In this document: positions 36,243-50,316 of the stretch, one piece after another
Layout of the letters: every line of letters begins with the position of its first letter
How positions within the stretch are numbered: position 1 is the first letter of the stretch
NCBI GenBank assembly: GCA_958009085.1
Contig: OY253668.1
Span: 1,240,001-1,304,000, forward strand
DNA length: 64,000 nucleotides
Reading direction: 5' to 3'
Source: Protoeuglena noctilucae
Lineage: Eukaryota
Program-made: the position numbers and the translations under genes
Notes under the pieces: model-generated
What the model saw: the letters and a program-made list of their open reading frames with translations, nothing else
Told to the model about the DNA's origin: nothing
Databases searched by the model: none

Positions 36243-37982
36243 ATGCCACGCGGCAAGAAGGCCAAGCGGACGTGGAGGGCCAAGCAGCGGGGCCCCCGCG
36301 TCGGTGAGGCGCTGCGCCGAGGCACCCATCGTCCTGACGCCCGCTTTTAACGGCTCCCCGCGTCGGGCCGCTCGCGCGCGCAGGGTGGGACGACCTGCCG
36401 GGGGAGCTGCATTTCGAGATCCTGCGGCTGGTGCCCCTGAGCGACGCGACGGCGGCGCGGAAGTTGTCGCGGGAGATGCGCAACGAGGTGGACGAGACCT
36501 TGAGGGCCTGGGGCATCCGGGCGACAGCAAAGATGCGCTGGCCCGCGAACCGTAGCTCCAACTGGCGTGAGCGCGAGGCCGTGCTTGACTGCGGCCCGCT
36601 CGCGGTGTGGGCGCTGGGTGGGTCCCATGAACACCGCCTGGTGTGCCTGGGGCTCAAGTGGCAGGCCCAGCTGGTGGCTTGGGAGGAGCAGGGGGTGGAA
36701 ATCGGCGACTCCTTTTGGTTTGGCGAAGGTTGCGAGGACTCTTCTCTTCTGCTGGTGGCGGTGCGGGTGCGGCGGCCAGTGGGGCGCGGGGCGGACGGCA
36801 GGGTGGAGTGGGAGTACATGCTGGGGGAGGAGGAGTTCGTGAAGGTGGTGAAGGATGCGCAGGAGCGGGCCGCCGACGTCGATTGGCCCTGGTTGAATAC
36901 CTGGCCCTGGCGGCCCTTACTGTCACAGTGCGCGATGCGGGGCTGCTTGGGGGCGGTCAAGGCGTGCCTGGATGTGGAGGCGGACGTTGACGCCGACTCG
37001 CCTGTCAGTCTCTGTCCTACCATGGACTGCGACATTCCTAACCAGCGCAGACGCGACTCCTCCCGGCTCGCTGGTGCTGGCCGCACGAGCTGGCCACGAG
37101 GCGGTAGTGGAGGCGCTGCTGGAGGCGGGGGCGTCGGCTCAGATCGGGTGGCATGACGGGGACTGGACCTTCCCTACAGTGTGCGGGGGTCAGCCGACGC
37201 CGGGCATCCTGCGGCGGCTGGCAGAGGCGGGCGCGGACGTCAACGCAGTGCCCATGGGCGGCGAGCCCTGGATGGAAACGATAGATCATTACGGGCACCC
37301 CCCCACGGCGCTGATGATTGCGGCCCGCGACAAGAGGCTCGACATGGCGCAGACGCTGGTGGAGCTGGAGGCAGATGTCAACGAGGGTGCTTGCTGTGGG
37401 CATACCGCCATGCATATGGCGGCAGACGGGGACGTGGTGCGGTGGCTGGTTGCGCGTGGGGGCGAAGTGCGTGGCGACTCCTTTGCTGATTGGCCCCCGT
37501 TGCAGAGCGCTTGCATCGATGGCCGCGTCGACGCCGTCCGCGCTCTCATTGAGCTGGGCGCGGACGTTGTGGACAGCGAAGCTCTGGAGTGGGCGGTCCG
37601 AGCTACGGATGAGGAGAGCGCCGTGGAGATCACCAGGATGTTGCTGGCGGCGGGGGCTGACGTCAACGGTTCGGACTCGTCGTGGGGGCCCCTGCACTGG
37701 GCGAGGCACCCTGGGTGCGTGGACCTGCTGGTGGAAGCGGGGGCGGACTTGGAGGCGCGCAGCTACAAGGGTGAAACGCCCATTTATTGGACTGTCGAGA
37801 GGTTGCTGAGGGAGGAGGAGGAGGTGACGCCTGGCAAGAGGCACGACTGGGGAGCCGTGGTGCTGCGGCTGGCGGACCTTGGCGCGGACCTGGTCCACAC
37901 GGGCGGGAAGCGGGGGCTGGTGAAGCGCAAGGTGCAGGAGCTGCGGCGCAAACAACGGGCGAAGCGCGGTGCTGGTAGCTGA
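36243..37982 (+). CDS. F-box plus ankyrin-repeat protein; frame break near 37005-37060
   Basis: After intron 36304-36383 the frame reads WDDLPGELHFEILRLVPLSDATAARKLSREMR (F-box). Ankyrin repeats include LVLAARAGHEAVVEALLEAGA, PTALMIAA, HTAMHMAA, PPLQSACIDG and GADVN/GADLE. Confidence 0.82.
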
Positions 37983-38100
37983 GGGCCAGAGTGCCGGCAT
38001 GCAGGGGCTCGCTCGTACGGTCCGTCCATACTAGGGTTCATGTCTTGCAGTGTCAGTGGCACAACTCATGCCACGTTTGTCCAATTCAAGTCTACCTGCC

Positions 38101-39758
38101 CTAGGCGACGGTGGGGGGCATTTGTGGGGCTGGCTGGCCGTCCTGGATGGGCAGCACGCGGTCCAGACTGCGCCGCAATGCCTGGCGGACGCTCTGCTGG
38201 CTGCCGGGGTCCAAATGCTCGCCATGCGCCACCTCCGCGCTCCCCGCTCCGCCCGGCCGCAGGGCCCGGAGCAGCTTCCCCTCGGCCATCATGGCCAGCA
38301 GACTGGGCGCAGCGCCCCGCTGCGGTTCCCGGCAGGGATTGAACACCATGCACACCGACCCCTCGCGGTCCCGGGTGAACCCGCAGCCTCGGAAGAAGGC
38401 CTGGGAGTCGGAAGGCACGAGCGCCCCTATGTCGTAGATCTGCAGACGGCGTCGCGGTGCGTGTGAGGGCCAGTGATCACACGAGCAAGGGCCGGGGGCG
38501 TCTCTCCGCCTGACCCGGCCTCGCGATTCAGGCGCGGCTGGCAGCTCGTCACCTCGTAGGGCCCCGTGGTGGATATCTTGCACGTCAGCTGCTGCGTCAT
38601 CAGCGTCCCGATGCCCAAGTCCTGGAGTTCCGGGTCCACCACGACCTGCACGAGCGTGGCCACCAGGCCCATGTCCGATATGGCCCGCGCGAACCCCACC
38701 AGCCGCTGCTTGCGGTTCCTCTTCATGCTCCCCAGCAGCCCGGCCATTGGGCCGACTCGAGAGGTGGGCTGCGGGCATGGTTGCAGCCAGGGTTGCAGGG
38801 TCAGGGAGGGATAGCCTGCCGGGTGCAGAGCCAAGAGCCGAAAGAGTCAAGCACCCCACCTGTGCCGGGCATGGATCCAGCCCAACGTAGCTTCGCAGGT
38901 CGTCCTCCCACATCAGCGCGCCCACTAGCCATGGGGAGTTGTCCAGCGCCTTCGACAATCGCTCTTTCGAGCCCGCAGTGCGCAAGAACCTGCACGTGCC
39001 GCGCGCCACGCCTCACGCGACATCATCAAAACCGCGCGAATCTCGGACGCGCGCGCATGTCGAAAGAACGCTCGCTCGCTCGCTCTCCTCACCTCCTGAA
39101 CCCAGCCTTCTCCTGAGGCCCCAGGTGGCTCACACCGGCGACGTCCTCTTGCAACCGCACCACGTCCTCGTCCGTCAGCCTCACGAACATCCTCCGCGCG
39201 CTGACCCAGCCGCTTGCGGCCGCGGACGGGCCCGCGCCATCTGGACGAAGTCGGCCATTCCATCCGTGATACGCGGAGCGCGGTGCGACGCCCTTCCAAG
39301 AGCTGCCACAGCCCCCAAACCATCTCTCACCGGCAGATGCGGAGCGCTCGAGCAGAGCCAGCGCCTCGTCGTCATTGATCCTCGAGCGGTCCCAGGTCAG
39401 CGTCACCCGTGGCTGTGGAGGGGCCCCCTGCGATGGCGACTGGCGCCATGGTGCCCGCACAGTCGGCGCTCAGGAATTCTCGCGCACGTGTCACCGCGAC
39501 CACCACTCCCCAAAGGCCCTTGGGCGTCTACCGCCCTCGCAACCCCCCATGGCATCCCAATCCACCTACCTTCCGCATCGGGGCCGTCCGAGGGCTGCGC
39601 GCCGCCACGTCGTTTAAGATCGCTTCAAGAGCTGCGTCCGACAGTCCCGTGGCGTCCAAGCGCAGGCCCCTCGGCACGCACGGGGCACGGGCGGGTAGCG
39701 TTGGCCTTACGCGGCCCCCTGCCCACGCGGGAGCGCGGGCAACTAGGCGCGATGGCAT
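38101..39758 (-). CDS. GNAT acetyltransferase, plastid GNAT3-like
   Basis: Motifs RLSKALDNS, LVGFARAISDMGLVATLVQVVVDPELQDLGIG and IYDIGAL..AFFRGCGF; Arg/Ala-rich transit-like leader; five introns. Confidence 0.85.
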
Positions 39759-40044
39759 AATCACACGACGGAGGAAGGGCGGAGCAATGGTGTCTACCTG
39801 CAGCAGCTGCAGCCGGAGTGGAGTGGGAGTGATACGACACACGCTGCTGGTCCCCTCACAAAGGCGCTTGGCAAAGGTGCACTAGCTGTTGCACGGACTC
39901 CCTTCTCCCGAGTCCCCGTGGGCCGCTGGCTGGCAAAGCCCTGCCCTAACGCTGATGCTGGCAGCAAGTGTCAGTTACTCCCAACTGGCCGCTTCGAGCG
40001 GCCAGTGACGCCTGATTGCAGCTCTCAGCCACCTCGCAGCTTTC

Positions 40045-42462
40045 ATGGAGACCGAGGATGCGACGTGGGACGTCCCGTGCGACGTCCTGATCGTCATTTG
40101 GTCCTTCCTGCGCGGCCGGGACCTGGCTCGCTGCGAGAGCGTCTGCCGCCGATGGTGCTCGCTCCTTTGTCGCCGACCGGAGCCCTGGCATGCCGTCGCC
40201 GAGCGCGAGGGACTCGTCCTCGCGACCGGGAACGCGCGGGACTGCGTCGTCGCCGCGCTGACCAGCGAGCTTTGGGCCTGGGGAAATTTGTCCGGGCCGG
40301 GCCACGCCTGGAGCGGTCACGGCTCCGGCTGCGACCGGACCACGTCGCCACGGGCCCTCGGACGCGTGCTGCACGCGCGCTCGGACGCGGACCTCTGCGA
40401 GCCCCGCCCGGTGCCGGTGCACTCGGTCGCGGCCGGGGCTGACTTTGTACTGCTGCTGACGTGGGCCGGACGCGTGTTCGACAGCCGCGCCGGGGCCGTT
40501 TCGAGCGCCCTCGGCTGGGGCTTCTCGTACGTGATGCCCACGACGGGTGCGGGGCAGGTGGACCCCATCGCGGAGGGGCAGCCGCTTGGGTGGGCCCCGG
40601 TCGGCGACTACGTGCGGGCCGTCGCTGCCGGTGCGGACGGTGGCGTGCTGGCGGTCACGGGGTCGGGCGCGGTGTACGCGTGGGGCGACAATGGCGACGG
40701 GCAGCTTGGGAGGGGCGTCGACAACGGCAGAGGGGCGGAGGCGGCTTGGTGGTCCGAGCCCAGCTGCGTGTTCCTGCGAGACGGCTTCCACGTGTCGGGA
40801 TGCGCGTGTGGGCCCCACGCCTCGTGCTTCTGGTCGGCTGACGGGTTGTGGGTGTCGGGGGCGGGGATCGAGTCCGGGGCCGGGCACGTGGACGTGCAGC
40901 CGCTCGTGGGCGCCCCGGTGGCCCATGCATCGCTGTCCCGAGACGCCCTGGCGGTCGTCACCGCAGACGGTCGCCTGCTCGGCGAGTGCGCTGTCCTGTT
41001 GAAAGCTGATGAGCTCGTTGTCAGAGTCAATCTGACAATCCTGCTCCCATCCCCTGTCACACCATCGCAGTCGCGGACTTGGAATCGTGGGCATCGACGG
41101 GCGCCCCAACGGCCTTTGTCTTGCTCGGACCCGACGTGACGTGGAAGGGAATGCCCCGCCTGCACCAGGCGAGCGCGGGTCGGGTTCGCTCCGTTCGCTT
41201 ACCTCGCTCTGCGGTAGCACGACACCGTCCAACTCTTGTTCCGCCTCTGCCCCTGGCCGGCGCAGAGGCCGGGGGGTGGCGGGGGCGAGGCGCATGACCG
41301 TGTGTCTGGGGTCTGCCTGTCAGACACCGCCAAGTACTGCACCACGGAGGGAGGGTCTCTGTACGTCTGGGGATCGGGGAGTCAGGGGGAGCTGGGGCTC
41401 GGGAAGGGGTGCCTGGGCCACCTGTCGGTGCCTTGCAGGGTGTCGTGGTGTCGGGATGTCGTGGCCCTGGCAACCGGACCGCATCTGGTGGTGGCCGTCG
41501 ACCGGCAGGGGAGGGTCCACTCCGCAGGGCGCAACGTGTCGGGGCAGCGGGGCCTGGGTTCGACAGCGCGGCAGGCGCAGGGCAAGGCGGTGCGGTTCCC
41601 GGCCCACGTGGCCGTCCGGTCGGTCGCGTGCCTGGCTGACAGCTGCGTCGCCGTGTCCAGCTGGGTCGAGGGCTCGGGGGGCGGAGCCAAGGCCGCGCCG
41701 CGCCTCACAGCAGCCAAGGACGTTCGTGGGTCGGTTGAGAGGGACGCGTGTGTTTCCGAGCCGCGCAACTCGGACGAGGGGCTCTTCTCTGCAACATCCC
41801 TGGCGCGTCATGTGGGTGACGGCGAGGAGTGGCTGGAGCCAGCCTGGGTGCGTATGCCGCCCCACGCAGTGTTTCACGCAGTGTTGCAGGGGTCGCTGTG
41901 ATAACGACTGACTTGAGCCGCGAGTGCTGCCCCCCGTCGTGCACAGCAGCCATCGGATAGGGAGAGGGAGGTGGAGGACGCTCTGCAGTGGGACCCACTG
42001 TCACCCGGGGGAGGGTCCTCGCCGGCTTGTCGTGACGTGCGCCGGGAGCGGGGGAGGGCGCGCAAGGTCAGTGCCCGATGAAGGCGCTGGGTGATGAAGG
42101 AGCAGGGTGCTGTCTTAGGTCGCCTGACTGACGAACAACCACCAGGATGTGGTCGCAGGAGGGGTTTGAAGCGCACATTGCCCGGCGGCTCTCGGCGTTT
42201 GCCGCCGCCGACGGGCAAAGCACGTTGGCGCTGTCGCCCCGGCTGACCGGCTGGCAGAGGCACCTGGCCCACGTGGCTTGCGAGGTGCGCTGCTCGTGCC
42301 TCGCTCGGGGGCTGGCTACACGTTGGACCAGGTGTTTGCACAGTGCTGTGGCGCCTCGTCCCGCAGAGTCTGGGGCTCCAGCACCAAAGCTTTGGAGAGG
42401 GCCGCAGTCGGAGGCTGGTCGTGTGGAAGAACGGTGAGGAGTCAGATCATCAGACACTGTGA
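40045..42462 (+). CDS. F-box + RCC1-repeat protein with C-terminal R3H domain
   Basis: F-box DVPCDVLIVIWSFLRGRDLARCESVCRRW; RCC1 blades VAAGADF, VYAWGDNGDGQLG, LYVWGSGSQGELG and GRNVSGQRG; spliced tail LSPRLTGWQRHLAHVACE|SLGLQHQSFGEGRSRRLVVWK (R3H). Confidence 0.8.
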
Positions 42463-43067
42463 GCAGGGCAGCAGGTCGCAGGACCATTGAAATCCACGCC
42501 TCGCCAGGAAAGTTCCGAAACTTAGGGTTAGGGCGCACCCAACTCAGCCCCCCTCAAGTCCACCGTGCCCCTGGCCCCCACCTGCCTTGTGTGGATGGTC
42601 TCGCGAGGCGTGTGTGCGACCGGGCGCGCGGGCGAGGGCTGCAGGTGAGGCACAGTGTGGGAGTCGAGTATGTGCCCCGATCGTCGCGCCTGGGGAATGC
42701 TTCGCGGCCTTTCGAAGCGTGTCAGTCGATCGGCTGGGACCCGGGGCGGGGCGCCTGGCCAGGGAGGGGGCCCGAGAACCGAATGGGTAGGAATGCGCCG
42801 GGCGTCGCCGGGGCGCGCGAGTGGTCGATCTAGCTTCGACAAAAGCCTCCGTGCGAGGGCGACCGCGTCTTCCCCCTCCTCCACGGGCGTCGGGCTCGTC
42901 CCACCGATTGGAGGCCCCGCCGAGGCAGCGGAGGCTCGCTGTTCACCCAGGGCGAACACGGTGGGGTACCTCGGAGCGAGGAGTCGCTTTCGCGTGACTC
43001 TCGCGTGCTGCGCCGCTCGCGCAGGCGTGGAGATTTGCGTGGCGTGACTTCGGGAAGGCGTGCCCAC

Positions 43068-43930
43068 ATGGCGACCGCTGCGGTTGGACTGCCCCTCCAG
43101 CGCCGTGCTGTCGCTGATTGGGCGTGTAACGGACGGATTCCAGGGCATGCCGCGCGGGCCTGCAGGTGGGGCGAGGCGCTACCGCATCGTAGCGGGCGCT
43201 GTTCATGTATGCGAGGCTCATTCCCACTCGCGCGTCGGCCCCAGGTTCTTCGGAGCCTCCGTCGTTCGGGGGCCCGCGACGCCTCTGGGGCGCAGCCTTC
43301 TGAGGGCGTCGAAGCAGGACGGGTCGGTCATCGACAGGCGAGTGCAGCGGGACCGGCCGAGCGCGGGGCGGCGCCGTGCGTTTCTTTGTCCGATCTTTCA
43401 AACGGCAGCATCGCGTTCCTGGCCTCGCAGGCCGACCACGGAGAAGGGGAAGAAGGTGGACAAGAGCAAAAAGTTCGGGCCCATCTACAAGGTCATGCTT
43501 CACAACGACAACTTCAACCGGTGCGCGGCAGCGTCGGGAATCAGTCAAGCTGGGCTGGCGTGCGCGGACTGGGCCGCAGCACAGGCCACGTGCCGAGCTC
43601 TCATCCTCGTCCTCGGATTCCATCCCCAGGCGCGAGTACGTGGTGCAGGTGCTGCTCAAGGTCATCGACTCGATGCAGGTGGACGACGCCGTGAACGTCA
43701 TGCAGGAGGCGCACGAGTCGGGCATCGCGCTCGTCACGGGTGAGGGCCGGGAAGGGACCTGGGCGAAAACTCCGCCCTGCCCGCGATGCGTGGCGTTCCC
43801 AAGAACCCGTGGCTTGGCTTTTCCCGCAGCCGTGGTTCAAGAGGATGCGGAGAGGTACTGCCAGGGTCTTCGGAACGGCGGCCTTATTTCGACCATCGAG
43901 CCCGACACGGCGCCTGGCGGCAGCAACTAG
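43068..43930 (+). CDS. CLPS1: Plastid ClpS1 adaptor (N-recognin of the Clp protease)
   Basis: YKVMLHNDNFNRREYVVQVLLKVI..AVNVMQEAHESGIALV..QEDAERYCQGLRNGGLISTIEP; four introns. Confidence 0.95.
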
Positions 43931-44077
43931 GCGCGTTGGCGGGCCGGTGGTAGCGCAGGACCTATATCCCCTTCCCTCTCGAGACTACTGCTGACACGCG
44001 TCGCTTGCCCCTTGCCGCCGCGTGCGACAAGTGATCGAGTTTTTCTTGAACGCGCATGCAAGCACCTCACTGACCCG

Positions 44078-45705
44078 TCACAGCTTATCGAGGAACCGGG
44101 CCTTCGCCGTGCGGCTCCGCGGGTTGCGCGTCACCTCGTCCGCGTCCGCCTCCAGGGGCCGCTTGGTCACGACGCGTGCCACCGCGACCGGCCCGGGGGG
44201 CTCCCCCGGCTCGACCACCGCGAAGCCCCCGTGCATGCGGGGGTCCAGGGCGCGGCCGGCGGCGAGCGTGGGCCGCCAGAGCTCGTCGGCGCCGCCGGCC
44301 TCGTCCCCACCGCGCCCCGCGGCCCTCAGGAAGGCCCGCTTCACCAGGCGGTCCTCGAGGGAGTGGAAAGAGATGACGCAGAGGCGGCCGCCGGGGTGCA
44401 GGGCGTCGACGGCGGCGGGGATGACCTCCGCGAGGGCGCCGAGCTCGTCGTTGACCGCCATGCGCAGCGCCTGAAAGACGCGGGTGGCGGGGTGGATGCC
44501 CCGGCCCCGGCGCCCTGGCCCAGCCATGCCCAGCGCGGAGAGCAGCTGGGACGTCGTCTGGATCTCCGCACGTGTGCGCGCGTCCACCACGCGCTCCGCC
44601 AGCGCCCGCCAGTGCCGCTCCTCCCCTGCGAGCAACGATGTGATGGTGCCGTGGGTGCGGGCACCGCCCTCTGATGCCCCTCAGGGTAAGCCGCATGGAC
44701 AGGAAAGGCAACGCTTCGACCACAACGGGAGCCCTCGCTTGGATGTCATGACGGCTCACACGAGCGGGGCACTCACCGTACTCCCGAAAGATGCGGCCCA
44801 GTTCGTGCTCCGGCCACGAGTTGACCACCTCCGCCGCGGTGATCCCGCCAGACTGGTCCATGCGCATGTCCAGCGGGCCATCGTACCTGCCGGGCGCCAC
44901 ATTACATGAAATCATGTCCCAAGCTTCTGCGCTGCTGCCCTTGCCCGCAAGACAGGCGTGCAACCCACGCGGCCAAAACTCACCTGAAGCTGAAGCCTCT
45001 CGACCCGGTGTCGAACTGCATCGAAGATACGCCGAGGTCGAGCAGGATGCCTGAGACACTGCCGTACAGGCCCAAGCCAGTCAGCACGCGCTTCATGTCC
45101 CTGAAGTTGCCGTGGCAGAAGTGGACCTGCATAACGCATGGACCCGCGGCGTTCGCGGGACTCGCTGGGGGGTGCAGTTGCGGTGCAGGCCTGCAGTGCA
45201 GAGACAAGGCCTTGCGCGCACCTCGGGCGATGAGCCTGTGCCCGACGCATCTCTGCTGAGAGTCTCCTTGGCCAGAGCGAGCGCCGTGAGGTCCTGGTCG
45301 ATGCCAACGAACGTCTTGAGCTCTGGGTGCTGCGTGAGGATCCCCCTGGCGTGCCCCCCTGCGCCGAGTGTGCCGTCCACAAACACGCTCACGTCGCGCC
45401 CCTCGAAGCCACCCAAGACCTTGTCGAGCAAAACGGGGACGTGTGGTGCCTCGTTCCTCTCGACTGCTGCAGGGTCTGGGCGCAGGTTGTTACCGAGAGA
45501 GATGGAAGCGGCTGCTCGCGGCATGCCAGCAGTCACGCCGCTCACCCTCTTGGCCGAGTGCTGTCGCGACCGCACGGACCTGCCTATATCTTTTGTGAGT
45601 CAATACCGAGCGGAGAGGTCGATGCAAGGGGCCCGCCGGCGTCCCCTTCGCCCACGCCCGCCACGTCATCGTAGGGCACAGCCGCAACGCCTGCCGTAGC
45701 GCCAT
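44078..45705 (-). CDS. rsmH: Organellar 16S rRNA m4C methyltransferase (RsmH/MraW)
   Basis: Motifs [85 protein letters not shown] and [10 protein letters not shown]. Confidence 0.96.
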
Positions 45706-46062
45706 GGCTGGCTTCTCCCGGCAACCCGGTGTGCTGGTGCTTGCCGTCCCACCCCTGGCAGCCATATCAGCCCTGACGCAATCGCAGCGGCGCTTCGGTG
45801 AGAGGCTGACGCCACGGAGTTGTCCTCCTGGTGCTCCGGAAAGCCAGATAGAGCCGTGACAGTGTTGAGCGGCAACACGTGCATTGTCTGTCCCCCACGA
45901 GCGCCTGCACCGTCGAGGTATCTTTGTCCTCCAGCCCCCTTTCCAGGTGTGCTGACATTTGCGCCAGAACTGCCGGTCACAGCCGTGTTCAGGCCGTGGT
46001 GCGACCCACAGTGTGCACATTCCTGGCAATCACGCGACTGCTGAGCAGGTCTGCCTGTCTGA

Positions 46063-47646
<1,584 letters not shown>

Positions 47647-48167
47647 CGATCGAGGCTTGTCTGGCGGATTGCAGTGCCAGCGCAGCCTGGGCCCTTCCAC
47701 CGCCCGCCTTGAATCATGCACTGCCCAGAAGGGTGCGAGTCAGTCACAGCTACGGGGTCTCGCGAGGCACGGGGCCTAGAGAGTCGCGAGCCAAGCACTG
47801 CCTGGGCACCCAGTCGAGCCTCAGGTCGTGCCCGAGAGTCGCTGGTTGCATTCGTCGGCTTATCCGTCGCCTGGCCGTGCTCGTCGCCGGCATGCCGCCG
47901 CGCACGCGCTCGCAGAGCCGGGCCGAGGAGCGTGGGGTCGATGAGGTGAGCCCCGTTGCTCCGCACGCAATCCGTTACCGTTATGGCCTTAGCGGCATGT
48001 TCAACGGTCGACTTTCGAGGAGGGGCAAGCCCGCGAGGGCGTCCCCAGTCCCACGCACGCGGAGGCGGGACAGTGCGATCGATCGCGTAGGGTTCTAGGC
48101 CGATCGCGCGCCCCGGGAAGCGCGGGGGATCCAGCGCAACCTCCAAGTCCTCGTGTCAACTCAGGAG

Positions 48168-50239
48168 ATGCAGAGACGCGCGTCCAACGGCTCTGATGTC
48201 GAAGGCGGTGACGAGGCGGTCACGGACGTGGAGACGGCCACAGAGGGCTCAACCGACGAGGACAGCGACGAGGACGTCGAGCTGGAGGAGGAAGGGGAGG
48301 ATGACGACGAGGACAGGCCAGGAATGATGCTGCGGTTGCTGAGCCGGTTCCAGGCTTCGCAGGCCAGAGAGCGGGACCGCTTCCCACCCCTGCCCGCCGT
48401 CCCCGCGCCCCTGGTGAGGACCCTGCCCGCCGGTCACCGCAGACCCCTCCTGTCGAGCGGGGCATCAGCAATCGCGTCTTCCCGCGCCAGCTCCCGCACC
48501 CCGCGACGTTCCCGCAGAGTCACGAGGAGTTGGCGGAGGAGCTTCGGCACGGGAGCGCCTTCCTGCCGCCGCGTCGCCGCCGGATGCTCGACCCCAGCTG
48601 CGCCCAGCGCGGGGGTGCGGTGGCGGACGGGTCCGAGGGGTCGTCGTCTTCTGCTTCGCTGGCCCGGCGTGCGGACCTGCCCCTGCCCCGCGTCCTGCGC
48701 CTGCGGGAGGCGGGGCTGGCGGCCGCGCGCCCCAGCGGCCGGCTCACGGACCGCGCCCTGGCCGCCGCGCCCGGCCCCGAGTTCCTCCCGAACTCGATCG
48801 TGGCCAAGATGGACGAGCAGGCCTCGCGGGGCTACTGCGGGTGCTTCTCGGCGGATGGGAGCCTTTTCGTGGCGGCGTTCCAGGGCCGGCAGGTCCGCAT
48901 CTACGACGTCGACGACGACTGGCGCTTGGTGAAGAACGTGGAGGCGCGGATGCTGCGGTGGACCATCACGGACTGCGGCCTCAGCCCCGACCAGGAGTGG
49001 GTCGTCTACACGAGCATCGGGCCGGTGGTGCACCTCGTCAAGGCGCGGTCGACCGAGGGGCTGGTGCAGAGCATCTCGAACATCACGGAGGTCCACGAGG
49101 CGCTCGACTTCGACCCGGACGAGCACGGGCTGCCCCTCGGGCGCGGGAGTTCCGCGGGGCGCCACGGCTCCCGCGGCTTCGGCATCTGGTCCTGCAAGTG
49201 GTCGCCGGGGGGGCGGGAGGTGAGCGGTGGTGGTCGGGGTGGTTATTGCTATAGATAGGAGGTTGGTGCCTGTGGCAACGGGCGCGGTAGGGACAGAGCA
49301 TTGGCCTATGCATGCGCGTCCGACTCTCGCCTCCGCAGCTGGTGGTCGGCACGTCCGAGCCTGCCGTGGTTTTCTTCGACGTCGAGCGCCGGCTGCCCGT
49401 GGCGGCCACCCAAGTGCACCAGGACGACGTGAACGCCATGTGCTATGCCGGGGGCTGCGACCCGAACATCGTGGTGTCCGGCAGCGACGACACGCTCCTT
49501 CGGGTCTTCGATCGGCGCATGGTGGACGGCACGGGCAGCGCGGGGCCCGTCGGGGGTCTGCCGGGCCACACCGAGGGCGTCACGCATCTGCACGGCCGCG
49601 ACGACGGGCGCTACATCCTGTCGAATGGCAAGGACCAGACGGCGCGCCTCTGGGACCTGCGTGGCATGGTGCCCGCAGCGGAGATGCGCAAGTGAGTCTG
49701 CTTGCAGCTGGGAGCACAAGGGGCAGTTTCAGAGGGGACTGCGGTTGATTGCGCCCCGCCTGCATGGCCCAGTTCTGCCCCAGCTCTGATCCCGCTCCTT
49801 TCGCCCGGTCGCTCCCAGGAGGTCGTTCGTGTCGATCTACAGGCCGTTCGACTACGACTACCGATGGGGTTCGTACCCCGGCCATGGCCGCCTGGTCCAG
49901 CACCCCAACGACCGCAGCATCATGGTGTACCGGGGCCATGCGGTGCTGAGCACGCTCATCCGGGCTTACATCAGCCCGCTGGAGACGACAGCCGGGCGGT
50001 ACATCTACACGGGCAGCGCGTGCGGGAGGGTGTACGTGTACGACGCCCTGTCAGGGAGCGTGCTGCGGCGGCTCTCGTGGCACGAGGAGGTGGTGCGCGA
50101 CGTGGCCTGGCACCCGCGCCGGCCCATGCTGGCGTCCATTGGCTTCGACGGGTGCATCGCACGGTGGGAGTACCGCTCCCCAGACGCACCAGTCAAGGTC
50201 GGGCAGGCGGGGCAGGACAAAATGCCGGCGTGCTGGTGA
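48168..50239 (+). CDS. DCAF11: LEC14B/DCAF11 (WDR23) WD40 protein, CRL4 substrate receptor
   Basis: Motifs RGYCGCFSADGSLFVAAFQ, RWTITD, HQDDVNA, SGSDD..RVFDRR, GHTEGVT, SNGKDQTARLWDLR, FDYDYRW and YRGHAVLSTLIRAY. Confidence 0.93.
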
Positions 50240-50305
50240 AACGGAGCGGCGCGTGTGCCCTCGGCGCTGCAAGCTGCTAGATGCATGCCCCGTCATGTCT
50301 CAAGG

Positions 50306-50310
50306 TGTAA
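50306..50310 (+). promoter_or_regulatory. Candidate TGTAA polyadenylation signal for DCAF11
   Basis: TGTAA starts 67 nt after the stop codon, next to the stop of the convergent gene. Confidence 0.35.
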
Positions 50311-50316
50311 GTATGT

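Noticed and set aside
39440..39500. In-frame TGA in the GNAT gene as possible selenocysteine or readthrough
   Set aside because: It lies inside an intron (donor near 39568, acceptor near 39428).
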